Assembly: GCA_024137785.1 (NCBI GenBank)
Contig: JAHRHZ010000058.1
Coordinates: forward strand, 18,404,215 to 18,468,214
DNA length: 64,000 nucleotides
Reading direction: 5' to 3'
DNA from: Ginglymostoma cirratum
Lineage: Eukaryota
Below, piece by piece: positions 50,551-62,496 of the stretch. Numbering within the stretch: the stretch's first letter is position 1; the number at the start of each line of letters is the position of its first letter. Made by a program: the position numbers and the translations under genes. The notes beneath the pieces were generated by a model that was not told the DNA's origin, did not search any database, and saw only the letters and a list, made by a program, of their open reading frames with translations.

Positions 50551-52622
50551 TACGTTATAATGTCTCATCCAAAAAACAGGTTTCCAACAATGCAGCACCA
50601 GTTCAGCGTGCTGCGGGTGCAGTGTAGATACTGAACTCAACTCTTAGCAAGATTGCTAACATTTAGTGAAATCCAAGAGTACACAGGTCATTGTGCATGT
50701 TTTAAGTGGCAGTAATCGCAGCAATCGAAAGTTATTTAGTCCATCGTCTATTCTAATCGCTGTATATACAATTATGCATTGTAACGACTGAATGTGGTAA
50801 TGCATTGGAAATAGTTTAATAAACATATCCAAAGTTGTTGTGAGCAAAATCAATTAAATCATGCTGTAATATCCAAAGTGCTGTGATTAGAATAATCTAA
50901 CAAAATTACTAGTGGAAACATTGAAAAAACATCTGTGCAATCTGCAAGTGTTAAAAATGGCAATCTTCAGAAAGTACAGAAGGAATAGTTGTGTGTAAGA
51001 AACAAATAACAAGGAAGTGCTGGTAATAGTGAAATTAGGCTACCGTTTCCCTTTTAAACAAAAGGGCGCCAGTATGAGTAAACAGAAGTTTTGTACTCTG
51101 AGCAACCAATGCTGAGATCTACAATTTCCATGTTGAATATAAATTTGCTTCCATACAACATGCCCTCACTTCTACCTTGTGAAACTAAAAGCTCCAGTTT
51201 TGTCGTCCTGCTTGAATTCTTGGCTCGGTAATAGCAGTGCAGCAGAAATTGAACAGAAGCTAATATTTCAACATTGGAAGAGTTTTATTCTAAATCAGGT
51301 AGCTGCTCTGATTTAGAACAGCTATAGACTCTAAACAGCAAAATGTGGTTGCAGCATTTTAGAGACAGCCCTACATTCTATCCACACGTTGTTCCAATCT
51401 TACTGCCACGCTCAGTAAGGAAACGATAAGAGAACTTAATGTATTATTTTGAGATTTCCCAGATTAAGTGCCAAAGCTCTGATTGATACAGTCGTATGAA
51501 TTCAGTATATTGAGAAAGAAAAGCACTTCTGTTTCCTTTGTTTGAAATAATGCTGTTTACTTACAGGCTTGCCACTGAGATCAAGTATTTTGTTCTGCTT
51601 ACTGACAAGTGTGGATTCTCATTACTTCAACGTAACTTATTGTTTGAGATTTTATAAAGAAAATAATTTTCTTTTGACTTCTTTTCCCCCAATTTCAATC
51701 CCTTTTTGTGTCCTGTCCTTTGCTTGCTATACAGTATTTTACAATTAAATATTCCAATTTTTGCTCCCTGGTTTGGAGCTCGCTCTCTCTCAGATCCTTC
51801 ACTCTGGCTGTAGAGCTATACTTTTGTTGGTTCAGCATCCTCATGTTGCGAATGTTCTGTTGAAGCTGACACATTAGATCAGGCACACGTGAGCAGTCTC
51901 TGCCCTAAAGCTCCCAAGAACTCTGGGTGTTCAGCTGTAATGAATGGTGGATGCTATTTGGTGCTGACTGTACCACCTAGACCAATAATTTCATTGAACC
52001 ATTGCTATATATTAAAATAACTTATTAAATATTAAAATCTTAAACTTTGTAACATGTAATTCAGAGGCACAGTGATGGTGCAACTTGGTCTACAATTCCC
52101 AGAACACTGGTTAATAATTTTGCATGTAAATTTTGCAATGACCACTCTGTTCCAATGGTTCCTTTATAGCCTGTTAACTTCGTTTACTTGGTAACTCATT
52201 TGTGACCATATTTGGTGCATTTTGTTTGACAGCTCATGTGGGATAATGCTATTGAATATCTCTTTAGTGTGTATTCTACTTATATCACAGATTGGATAGA
52301 ATAATTAATTTTAAATCTTAATTATGTGGTTGCAAAGTGGGTCTCACAAGAGTGCACAAAATATTCCTCCTAGCCTTCTTACACTGGCTGGTTGTAGTGT
52401 GCCGTAAACTCAAAGAATAAGAAAAGTATTTGACAGAGATGATTACTTCTCATATAATGTGTTTACTGTTTGCATAAATGGTAATTGCCCCTTTTATAGT
52501 ATATGATGGGACCTGGATTAACTAGTTAACCTTTTAATCTTGCAGTTCAATAGTTAACATTATTCTTCACAGCAGAACATGAAGGGTTTCATTGGTTGAA
52601 TTCAGCAATTGTTTGCTCACAG

Positions 52623-52765
52623 GTGTGACTGTAACCCCATTGGTTCCATTAACGGCCAGTGCGATGCCCGGAACGGACAATGTGAATGTCAGCCTGGTGT
52701 TGTTGGTCGGCAGTGTGATACGTGTGAACCGTACCACTTTGGATTTGGCCAGGATGGATGCAAAC
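52623..52765 (+). CDS. LAMC1: LAMC1 exon 16 equivalent, LE domain
   Basis: tcacag|G TGT...AAA C|gtaagc; CDCNPIGSINGQCDARNGQCECQPGVVGRQCDTCEPYHFGFGQDGCK; 143 nt. Confidence 0.97.
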
Positions 52766-52870
52766 GTAAGCAAACTATTTTTTAAAAATAACTTCCGGGA
52801 AAATCTCTCAAAAATTGTTCTCGCCATTTTCTAAAAATCAAGTGTGTGAGTAATTTATCTTTTCTTGCAG

Positions 52871-53049
52871 CCTGTGATTGTGACCGTGAGGGCTCTCGAT
52901 CTCTTCAGTGCAAGGAAGACGGAAAGTGTGACTGTAAGGAAGGATTTGTGGGCATACACTGCGACCAATGCGAAGAAAACTATTTCTACAATCGGACAAG
53001 ACCTGGCTGCCAGGAGTGTCCTACATGCTATAGGCTGGTGAAAGATAAG
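52871..53049 (+). CDS. LAMC1: LAMC1 exon 17 equivalent, last LE domain
   Basis: ttgcag|CC TGT...GAT AAG|gtagaa; (P)CDCDREGSRSLQCKEDGKCDCKEGFVGIHCDQCEENYFYNRTRPGCQECPTCYRLVKDK; 179 nt; preceded by a 105-nt intron. Confidence 0.97.
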
Positions 53050-54371
53050 GTAGAAAATACTACTTCTACATTTGATAGTTATACTGTTACACAATGCTTC
53101 ATCTGATCCTTCTGATGGTGGGGCTATTCAAAGGGGCAGTTTATGAATGTTGGGTGAGAGTGAGATCACGTTACCTTTTAGTTGTACTTGAACTCTCAAT
53201 TTGCATATGAAGGAACAGCTAGTGCAAAATACCAGATAATAGCCAGACCTTAGTCCTTTCAAAGATTGGATAGGAGAGAACATATTTTGGATGTTTTCTT
53301 CATTTGAAATCAGTTTAGCTTTCCTCATTGCTTCCTTTCTCCTTTTAATATTCTTTACAAGCAGCTATTAGAAGTTCCCTTCAAATGAATTTAGATTTTT
53401 TATTTCAAAAATACATTATGAATTTCCGAATTTTAGCCACTTAGCATGTTAAGTTCATCATTATTTTGTTTTATGATCCTCGTAAATTTATGTCCTGTTA
53501 TTACTATTCTGCCTACCTATGGAAACCATTATTATTTGCCTTTTCCTTAACTGTTAATTTTGACAATCTTAATCAGGTCACCCTGTTTGGTTCATATTGT
53601 TTTGCAATCAGCTATGGAACAATAGCACCCACTGTTAATCTTGATGAAAGCCACTATGCAAAGATTTAATGATCTGTGACATTGATTTCTCCCCTTCCCA
53701 ATGTTAGTTTAAATCTGACTCCATGTCAAGAGGGTGTCTTAGTTTGCAGCAATGGTAATGTCAGTAAGCAGGTTTTAAAAAAAGATCACATTGAAAACAG
53801 GAAGTTAATAGCCTTTGCATTTGGTATCTGAAAATCTAAATTGAATTAAATAATTATAATAGTACTTAGAAGGTAAAATAAGCATTAAAACCTGAAAACC
53901 ATTAAAAATTATCCATAACTTTTACAAATTATTCATAATTTTTACATTCCTCAGATTTTAAAAATTCTTCTCAGTGTGGGTAGTTACAGTAGTAATTATG
54001 AAACTGGTATGCCATTTAAAACTTGTTATATCTCTTTGGCAATATATAGCTTTTTTCAAGGAATTTTACAGCAGAATTAATGACATGAAAGTGCAAGATT
54101 TGTCAATTCCTTTTGATTTTCCATTTGATTGCGGTCTTGGGAAATCTCAACAGTACACCCATTGGAGGTGTAGGATCACTGATAACGATCCTTGAATATC
54201 AGTGTTTTATCATATTGGAGAACTCTAGAGGTTCCTGTCAGATTCAGTGGAGTAGTGAGGTCAAACACTGACACTTCTTCATCCATGAATATTAATAATG
54301 TTATCTTTTCAACATGAGGGAAGAAGCCTAGCTTTCTAAATTCTTTCTCCAAACTTGTACCTCAACATGTT

Positions 54372-54665
54372 CTTGTGAAAGGGAAATTATGTTTGACTAA
54401 TTTATTAGTTTGTTTATTGATGTTCTTGGAGGAGACAACATGCTTTTTGATAAGGGGGAAACCAGTGGATTTGTTTTGCTTAGATTTCCAGAAGACATTT
54501 AGCGAAGTTCTACGTCAAAAATTATTATGTTAAATGAGAGCTCATGATGTAAGGGATAACTGAATAGTATGGATAGTGGATTGGTTGGCTAATCAATCCT
54601 ATCAACCGTGGTTTGTTGAATGATAGAGCTGGATAGATGCAACAAATAATCTTCTACTGCTCACA
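54372..54665 (+). mobile_element. CR1 RT fragment, decayed
   Basis: tgtttgactaatttatta…gataagggggaaaccagtggat…ttagatttccagaagacattt = CLTNLL…DKG/PVD…LDFQK. Confidence 0.75.
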
Positions 54666-54689
54666 TCACTAATTTAAATGTTCAACTCT

Positions 54690-54832
54690 GCTAACGTGGC
54701 ATATAAACCAACATTTTCCGAGGTACCATCAGTTCTGAGGAATGGTCACCGGACCTGAAAATGTTAACTCTTATTTCTCTCCACAGATGCTGCCAGACCT
54801 GAACTTTTCTAGCAATTTCTGTTTTTCTTTCT
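54690..54832 (+). mobile_element. Family A arm with hammerhead motif
   Basis: AGTT-CTGAGGA-A-TGGTC accg GACCT-GAAAATGTT-AACT at 54731-54769, then the family A body. Confidence 0.8.
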
Positions 54833-56769
54833 ATTAACATCCCAATCGATCTGCACTTCACTTTTCCATGCTTTGGTGTTACATTAAGCTCCATTAGAGT
54901 CTTGACACTCATTCCCCTTGTAGGTCTAAATTCTAAAACTACCAATAAATCTAAAATTGGGGGTGGGTGCAGGTAGAAAACAAAATAACCAAATTTGCTG
55001 AATTACCCAAAAATCGAGAAAGAACTAACAACCAGTAAGGACTAAATGAATTAATTAAATCACTGTAGGTTTTACTTCAGCATGACTTGGAATCAACATC
55101 ATTTATTGTGAATGAACAGGTGAATGAAACCTCACATTTTAAAGCAAAAATCACTAAATAGCCAATGTTACAAAGATATGTCTCGCGCAACCCCAGATAC
55201 CCAAATCACTCCTTGCACAGACATGGTAGTATACAGCAACGTGGTTCTACAATGTGTTCTTTTTGTGTGTAGTAGGTCAGGTTTTCCAACAATAGCTTTC
55301 ACTTTGAAGTTTCACTGAAATGTTTATGGCCAACCAAGCATATGTGTAAGAACCAGCACTCCCTTGGGTCACTACAGTTCTGATGGTATAATTTTCTTGA
55401 ATTCCATTTCAACCAACCAACCAACTAACCAGTAAGACCCACCTTCATAATTTGGCAATTTCTGGGAAAGTGGTACCAACCTATTCATGGTTTTGTAGAT
55501 TTTAGACTATTTTGGCGAACAACAACAGTACCTCCAGACATTCCTGTCCCTTTTTCTTCAAAACAGTTCTCCCCCTAAAAGAGCTTTGGTTCTTCACTTT
55601 AAAAGAATTTTCCTAGTCTTCTTCCTGTCTGTTTGCACTTGCTGTTTGTCTGCATTTGTCCATTGATTAACTTCGCCCTTCATCTCATTCGTGTCCTCCA
55701 GCTTCTGGTTTTAACTTCCTTCCTGTCAATTTGGAACCTGGTTGGACCAATGTTTTTTACCAGCCAAGAAAATTACAATTTCAATAGTTGTTAAAGGTAT
55801 CAACCCTTTGAACATCCCTTTCAAACATTCCAAAAAAAGGTTTGATTCTACAGATGTTTTAAATGTTGAAGTACGAATGTTCTTTGCTGTACTACTTCCA
55901 AATCAAAAGTCATCACACAAATTCAGGAGAAAATTCTTTACGTAGAATGTGTGACCAGATGAATTACTTGAGATAAGTAATGTAGGTGCTTTTAAGCAGT
56001 AGCTAGGTAAGTACATGAGGAAGAAAGATTTCAAACAATTCTATTAGGTATAGATAAAGTAGAATAAGTGGCAGTTCATGTAGTGTGTGAACACTGGCAT
56101 AGACCAGCTGGGCTGAGTGGCACGGTTTAGTGCTGGAATTCTACACAATTCCAACTTGGCCATCATCAGATTAGATTTTATAACTGAGGAACAAAATTAA
56201 AATTAAACCATGTTTGGTTCTCATCCCTCACTACCACCACTACTACCACACCCCCTCCCCACCCCCCAAATGAATCAATATCATCAGGAGACAGGTGGAA
56301 AGAAGGCTTCCTAACGTGAATGAATAGTGAGAAAGCAGCCTTCATACATGATGTAACATTAATAGCAAGGAAGGAAAAGTATTTTAAACAAACTGAAATA
56401 GTTTAAATACAATGAGCCAGGAATTGGCAATCCCGTAGAGTGTTACTCCATTCCTTTTTTCACATTACATTAAAAACAAGCTCCACATTTCTGACAGGTA
56501 ACTCTGATTAGGGATCCTTCAAAAATGCTGAGCGTACTATAAATCTGGCAGGTGCCTCAATGCAGGATAGTTGGGGAAGGCAAACCGCGATCTTTTTCCA
56601 TAATCTGTTCCCCTTTTTCACAGCTGTATTCTGTGATTTAAATGTCCAGCCTCACTGACAGCCACTTTGACAGTTCCTTTGAAAGGGTAAATACGTAAGG
56701 GCAGGGTGCCAAATAAGTGTTGGACTGTTCGGGTAGATCAATCCAGATCCAATGTCTCTCATTGGGAGC

Positions 56770-57005
56770 TATTTTGGTGGGAGGAGGGGAACAAGGGAAG
56801 AAAGGGAAGGAGAAAGTGTCAGGGCCAAGGCAAAGGAGAAGAGTCAGGTATCGGGGCGGGGTGTTAGGGTGGGTTCTGGATGGAAGGAGGAGGTGGCTGG
56901 TACATGGTAGAGAGAATGGGTTGGCAGGAGGCTGTTGGGTCCTGGGAGGACAGGGTAGTGTCAGGTCGGCTTCTGAGAGTATTGGGGTTCTGGGGGACTC
57001 TTAGT
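56770..57005 (+). repeat. G/purine-rich low-complexity tract
   Basis: Many GG/GGG runs; produces the Gly-rich ORF 56717-57004. Confidence 0.65.
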
Positions 57006-57596
57006 AGTGAGGGTGGCATGCCTGGGGGTAATTTTAACAGCTAGTCAAACTCCAGATTCTGATTTAAATGGATACTTTTGGAGGCTTTCAGGTGTAGAGG
57101 ATTCTGTAGGGTCCCCATGCTCCGCTCCCCGTTGCAGTTCAGAAATGGCCATCAGGCCATCAGAACATCCAGGCAACAGAGATTTCCACAGAATATCATT
57201 GAACAGTATTGTCAATAAATACTTCAGGTAGTAACAGGAATATTCACATGGATTCATACTTAGATGTTTAATCCTTTACCTGAAGTAACTGGTTGAATGA
57301 GAAGTGAAGAATCATGTTTTATAAAGCAAATTAGCTTGTTTTTAGGAAAGTTACTTTGAGTAACTGATTAAATCTTAAATAACAACTTTGAAGCCATGGA
57401 CATGCATTGCTTTTCATTCCTGCACCAGGATGTACAATGTTTGATTTCACTTGCCAAAATGAGTTGATTTTGGTCGTGCTAATTTATCTTTTTTTGATTA
57501 ACTGAGCAGTTGTATGTCAGTAGATAAGATTGCTAGAGCTGCAGTTCATTTAATTGGTTTCCTGCTGGTATCTTTTATCCTGTACCATGTGCTCAG

Positions 57597-57753
57597 GTAA
57601 CCGAACATAGACAGAAGCTTAAGGACTTGGAAGATTTAATTGCAAACCTTGGAACAAGCCAGGACACAGTGAGCGACAAGGCTTTTGAAGAAAGACTCAA
57701 GGAAGCTGAAAGAACCATAATGGACTTGCTGAGGGATGCTGAAAACATGAGAG
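57597..57753 (+). CDS. LAMC1: LAMC1 exon 18 equivalent, coiled-coil start
   Basis: gctcag|GTA ACC...AGA G|gtatat; VTEHRQKLKDLEDLIANLGTSQDTVSDKAFEERLKEAERTIMDLLRDAENMR; 157 nt. Confidence 0.96.
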
Positions 57754-58339
57754 GTATATGTTATAACTGACACCTTGGACTTAATGAAGTAATTTTAAAA
57801 CTCCAATTATCATCTTGGTACTTCAATTTATTATAATTTTCTTAATTGAAATCATCATTTGGTAGTACAGAACTTGAAAATTGCTGAAAAGAGACAATAT
57901 GGATGAAGCTTTACGTTGTCCACCTATCAGGCAAAATATAAGAATGCCAAATTTCAAACCCTTGCAACCAGTTATACCAGAGAGTGCTAATTGGTTCAGT
58001 GTTCTGACTCAGGCATTGCCATGGAGTAAACAATGGGGAACTGAAGGCTCCCCAAGGTCCCAGGTAATCCAGAAAAAGTGCAAGGCTTGAATATATTTCC
58101 ATTAGTATGCAGAGACCAGATACCAATATATGAATATGTTGCTTCTAGCAAGCATAAGGGAGCCGCATTGAGCTGATTTGATTATCTTCAACTGTTTGTT
58201 AGTGTAACTATTAGCACACCCAGGATTGTTCAGCTCTGCTCTCCATGTGCTGTCCCTTGCTTCCCACTCACTCTTCCACTTCCTCCTGCCCCACTTTCTT
58301 GGTCTTGCTGTTCCCTCTTCCCACTTGGGCTGACACACG

Positions 58340-58600
58340 AGTACTTCTCCATGTTGAACTTCATCTGGAAAAACACTGAGAGCAAGTACACGGGATACGC
58401 TCTGGGTGGGTGACTTCCATGTCCAATACCACAGCTGGCTGATCCTAAAGGACACAGACTGGGTCTGTGGCAGGTGGTGAGGGAACCAATAAGAGGGTAA
58501 AATCTACTTGAACTCGTCCTCACCAATCTACCTGTTGCAAATGCATCCAACCATGACTCCGTTAGTAGGATTCATCACCACACAGTCCTTGAGGAGGCAA
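58340..58600 (+). mobile_element. LINE APE-endonuclease fragment
   Basis: ctctgggtgggtgacttccatgtcc (LWVGDFHV)…gtgagggaaccaataagaggg…cttgaactcgtcctcaccaat; same family as 6510-6800. Confidence 0.75.
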
Positions 58601-59400
58601 GCCCTGAAGAGCGATGTCAGAAGCAACATGTATTCATATGAAGGGATTTATTCTCTGCAAGCAAAAGCAAAGTATTTGAGCTTTGTGTTGTTTTAGGATT
58701 ATTTGGGTGCTCAGCAAGCCTGTAGTTCTTTGGCGCTTTCTCCATGGCAATGCCATGATCAATCAGAGTTCAAATGCCAACCATTCTAAAACCCTTTTCT
58801 CTTGTATAAATTGTTGTGATCATTTGAAAGTTGGCGTTCTTGCTCTTGGCCTGGTGAGTGCAAGGCAAAAGTCTTTGGCAGCAGTTCTCTCTTTTCAGTG
58901 ATTTTTGAACAGAAACCCTTCAGACTGTCCTTGTGTTAAAAAACTGACAAGGCTATTTTGTTGTTTGTGTGACTTAGTGGAGAACATGACTATCCTAAAC
59001 TCGTGAAAACACTTAAACACAGTTATGCTTGATACAATAAATACTAAAATGGCAAATAGAATTTAACGAAGTATAATTTCAAGGAATACATAATTGTAAA
59101 AATGCTCTGAACCAGATACAAACTACTATTTCTTCCTCCCTGCTGCTTTCATTGAATAGATAAGAGATGTATTTGTAGCTGGTTACTTTATTGGCAGTTC
59201 CTCTTGTCAAATGAAGAAGACTCACATTTAGTGAAGTACTGAAAGGCAGCTGGTGCTAAAAGTTTGATAGTGTGAGTACATAATGTAACAATCATGGTGG
59301 TAGGGTGAAGTGGATACTCGTGCATCTGTCAAAAAATGCATAACTATTGTGAAATCTTCCCCAGTATGGACATATAACTTCACACAATTTCTGCGAACAG

Positions 59401-59606
59401 ATGTAGACAAAAGTCTTATGGACCGTTTGGCTGAAATTAATAACACCCTGTCCACGCAGTGGGGACGACTTGAAAATATAAAAGATACAGTAGATAACAC
59501 TGAAGAGTTGGCCGAGCTATCCAATAATCGTATCCAGGATGCAGAGAAAGTAATTTCAAATGCTCGGACAGAGCTTGAAAAGGCCAAGAAAATCTTGGGC
59601 AATGTG
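59401..59606 (+). CDS. LAMC1: LAMC1 exon 19 equivalent, coiled coil
   Basis: gaacag|AT GTA...AAT GTG|gtatgt; (D)VDKSLMDRLAEINNTLSTQWGRLENIKDTVDNTEELAELSNNRIQDAEKVISNARTELEKAKKILGNV; 206 nt. Confidence 0.96.
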
Positions 59607-60868
59607 GTATGTATACAAACCTCTTTAAATTCAGACAACATGCATGTTTATAAATGAAGTAATGACCAGTTTTCGTTGAGTAATGTTATCCACAGTTAAA
59701 CATCTTACAGATTATGATTTAAGTTTTTATTGTCACATCCAAAGGTTTGCATGCCAGGTGGTCAAAGAAAGGAGCTGCATTGAAAAATGTAGGTCTATTG
59801 TCATTGTTCTTTTTCCTGGCCTGTTTCTTCTGTCCAGTTGATTTATAGTAAGGACATTCTGTTGTGCACCATTGGCCAGTTAAAGGTGTGCAAAATCTCA
59901 ATTTACTTTACAGTGGGTGATACCGTAATATGTGATGTCGGTCAACCGCTTCAGTCGATGATACTGTAACCCAGATGTGACGGTGGACCATATTGTGTTC
60001 TGCTATGACACCTGTAGGGATATATTTTTGGCATGGCTGGGAACTGAGCCTAGACCTTCTGGCTGAAAGGCAGGGATGCTACTGCTGCACTAGTCGAATG
60101 CTGTGAAAATGTCAGAGTTTTCAAAGTGGTCCTGTTTGTGACCTTAATTGGAGTAGTTTGACAATTCCCATGACAACCCATTGTTTTGGGAAATGTGCCT
60201 GAAAGTGAGCCATCATCAGGGAGTCTTTCTGATGAAGAACCATCAACAGTCCCCTCTCCCTTCCTGACAAAACTCTGTGCAATTGGTTGGAGAACTCGCA
60301 CATTGAGAACCATATAAATAGTGTGTAATGAATTTAAATCTTCTGGATTAGTTGTGGCCCTCTAGTTTGTGCTAGTTTTTTTCTCTTGCTTGTTAAGAAA
60401 GGTGCAGGCTATTGAATGCAAGTGGCAGAAGATCAGTTAACACCTATTTAAATCCAACTTTCTTCAACTGGCGTTTAGATAGATGAATGTGAAACCAATA
60501 GGCTTGTTGAAGTTACTGGTCAACTGTTAACTTCCTACCAGTTGTGCAACACTGTTTAATATTCACGTGGGATTGCTGGAGGTGAGCACAGCCTTTAGAA
60601 CCCTCTCTGTAGAGGGCCATAAATTGGATACTGCAAATACTGTGATCACTGAGTTTTTAAATTACAGAAGAATGCATCATTAACGTCTGGCACCCTCTAG
60701 ATATCTATGAATACCACATGGAAATCATCTGCATGATGTTGGAGTCATACAGGGAGCATGAGCAATTTACTCCATCCTGTGGAAGAAATGGCTCCGTTGC
60801 ATTTCATAAATCGTGTAGTGAGTACTCCTGGATCATAAGTTGATTTTTTTTTTTTAACTTTCCTGTAG

Positions 60869-60948
60869 TCAATAGCAACTCCTGATTCCAGTGCTGATCC
60901 AAATAATATGACACTTCTGGCAGAAGAGGCTCGTAACCTTGCTGAGAG
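60869..60948 (+). CDS. LAMC1: LAMC1 exon 20 equivalent, coiled coil
   Basis: cctgtag|TCA...GAG AG|gtaagg; SIATPDSSADPNNMTLLAEEARNLAE(R); 80 nt. Confidence 0.96.
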
Positions 60949-62358
60949 GTAAGGATTTTGTTCATGCTGACTCAGTGATTAATCATCTTGTGTTTTTCAC
61001 CCTGGAGCCTGGATTTCAGTCTAACAAAACTGACAGGCTTAATGTTTGTGTCACTGTGCTGTCTTGCCAAACTCCACAGTTCCTTAACAACTTTTAAAAT
61101 AGATAGTCTTATTGAATGACTGCAAAAGATTTGCTGCACTAGAGAGGTATTTTGAGAGATTGTGGAGCAGCTTTGACTGTAATAAAAGTTTAATTCAGCA
61201 TCTTCCCTAAAACCCCCTGATGTGGCACGCTAAATAAGATGGATAAGTTTTTTTTTAATGCTGATCTCTCTCTCAACTCAGGATGAATGACTTTACTCTA
61301 GTATAAAAAATGTTTCTGCTGACTTTTACATTGTATTATTGTTAACCAAAAGGGAAAGTTTCTTCCATGTGCTTTGTATAACAAAATCATTAATAAATTT
61401 TTTACAGGAAAATCTTATTACCGACATTATCATATTGTAAGTCTTGACCTCTGCCGATAACGTCTATCTATGCAATCATCCAATTTTCTATCCAACATTT
61501 AAATGCTAATTTGCCAATACCCTGGCTACAAATTGGCAACTAAGTTAGTAATTTATGTTATCAAATGATTTTGTACATAAATTTAAAGTTTTATGTTGAG
61601 CTTTCATGTTTTCTTCTTGCAACACCATGAAATGTTTGCAAGGCATCAATATGTATCTAAAACAAGTGCAAGGGTTCATTTACTTACCATACCATTGTGT
61701 GGAAGTTTTATTTTCTGCTGCTGTGGGCAAGTTGTTTCATTGTCAAGGAAGTTTCTGAATTGTGTGTGTAAATTCTGACGGAACAAATTTGTTCCATTAG
61801 TAGCATATTTATTTTTTGAGAAATAAGATTGTGAGGAATTTTGCTGGTTGAGCTACAAAAGACATTACCAAGTCTTTCATGGGTGCTCACCAAAATTGGC
61901 CTGTGCACTTTGTGCATGCAAATTGCAGAAAAGCCCTAAAACACTCTTAGTTTGAGACAGAAGTATATGTAATATGTAAAAGGAAATCCAAGCCAAAGTT
62001 GGACATTGGAGACACCATGAATTTCTCATTGTAGTGTGGTTTTGACTACTGAAGGTAGCAGCTATTGTAAGGACAAGTACTTAAGAATCCCATTGGAGAA
62101 GATGAAACTTGTTGAAGAGAAAACATTGTGTAAATATCTGGCAGCTTGAAATACTGGACAAATGCAGAAAACACCATTTTTGGTCAAGGTCGAGGATGAG
62201 ACTTTTGGTTCCAAATAACTTTAAGTTGCATATTTCTCAAAAATTATTTTGAAGTAGGAGAATTGACTAAATGTTAATACAAACATGCAAAGTGAACTTT
62301 CTTTGAGCTTGCGAGGCAGGACAAACTTTGCTAATGTAAGTATCATTCGATTCTACAG

Positions 62359-62496
62359 ACATAAAAATGAAGCCGATGTGATTGAGCAGATAGCCAAGAA
62401 TGCTAATGACACCTCAACTGAAGCTTACGAACTGCTGCGTAAAACATTAGCAGAAGAAAGTGAAATCACCAACACAATTGATGACTTAAACCGAAA
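62359..62496 (+). CDS. LAMC1: LAMC1 exon 21 equivalent, coiled coil
   Basis: ctacag|A CAT...CGA AA|gtaagt; HKNEADVIEQIAKNANDTSTEAYELLRKTLAEESEITNTIDDLNR(K); 138 nt. Confidence 0.96.

Larger units (their letters stand above)
13004..62496 (+). other. LAMC1: Laminin subunit gamma-1 gene, partial (19 internal exons; 5' and 3' exons outside the window)
   Basis: 19 exons, all AG|...|GT bounded with compatible phases, total 2981 nt with no stop. Domain order LN end - LE - L4 - LE - coiled coil. NIDPNAV motif present. Exon sizes 131,167,189,118,99,137,123,190,113,222,189,246,154,143,179,157,206,80,138 match my recollection of human LAMC1 exons 3-21. Confidence 0.96.

Noticed and set aside
5110-54832. 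Recurrent short similar motifs considered as a CRISPR-like array or as MITE TIRs
   Set aside because: Copies are dispersed and irregular in a vertebrate gene. Variable arm lengths, variable 6-16 bp TSDs and single-arm copies fit retrotransposon termini, not fixed-TSD MITEs or CRISPR.
48555-57603. CAG|GTAA junctions at the starts of the exon 14 and 18 equivalents, resembling recursive splice sites
   Set aside because: Explained by coding constraint (split Gly GGT codon and Val GTA). The introns are short and the +5/+6 donor positions match poorly.
59228-59641. Antisense ORFs overlapping LAMC1 exons (also 48513-48848, 44966-45223, 30097-30378)
   Set aside because: Shadow ORFs of the true + strand exons.
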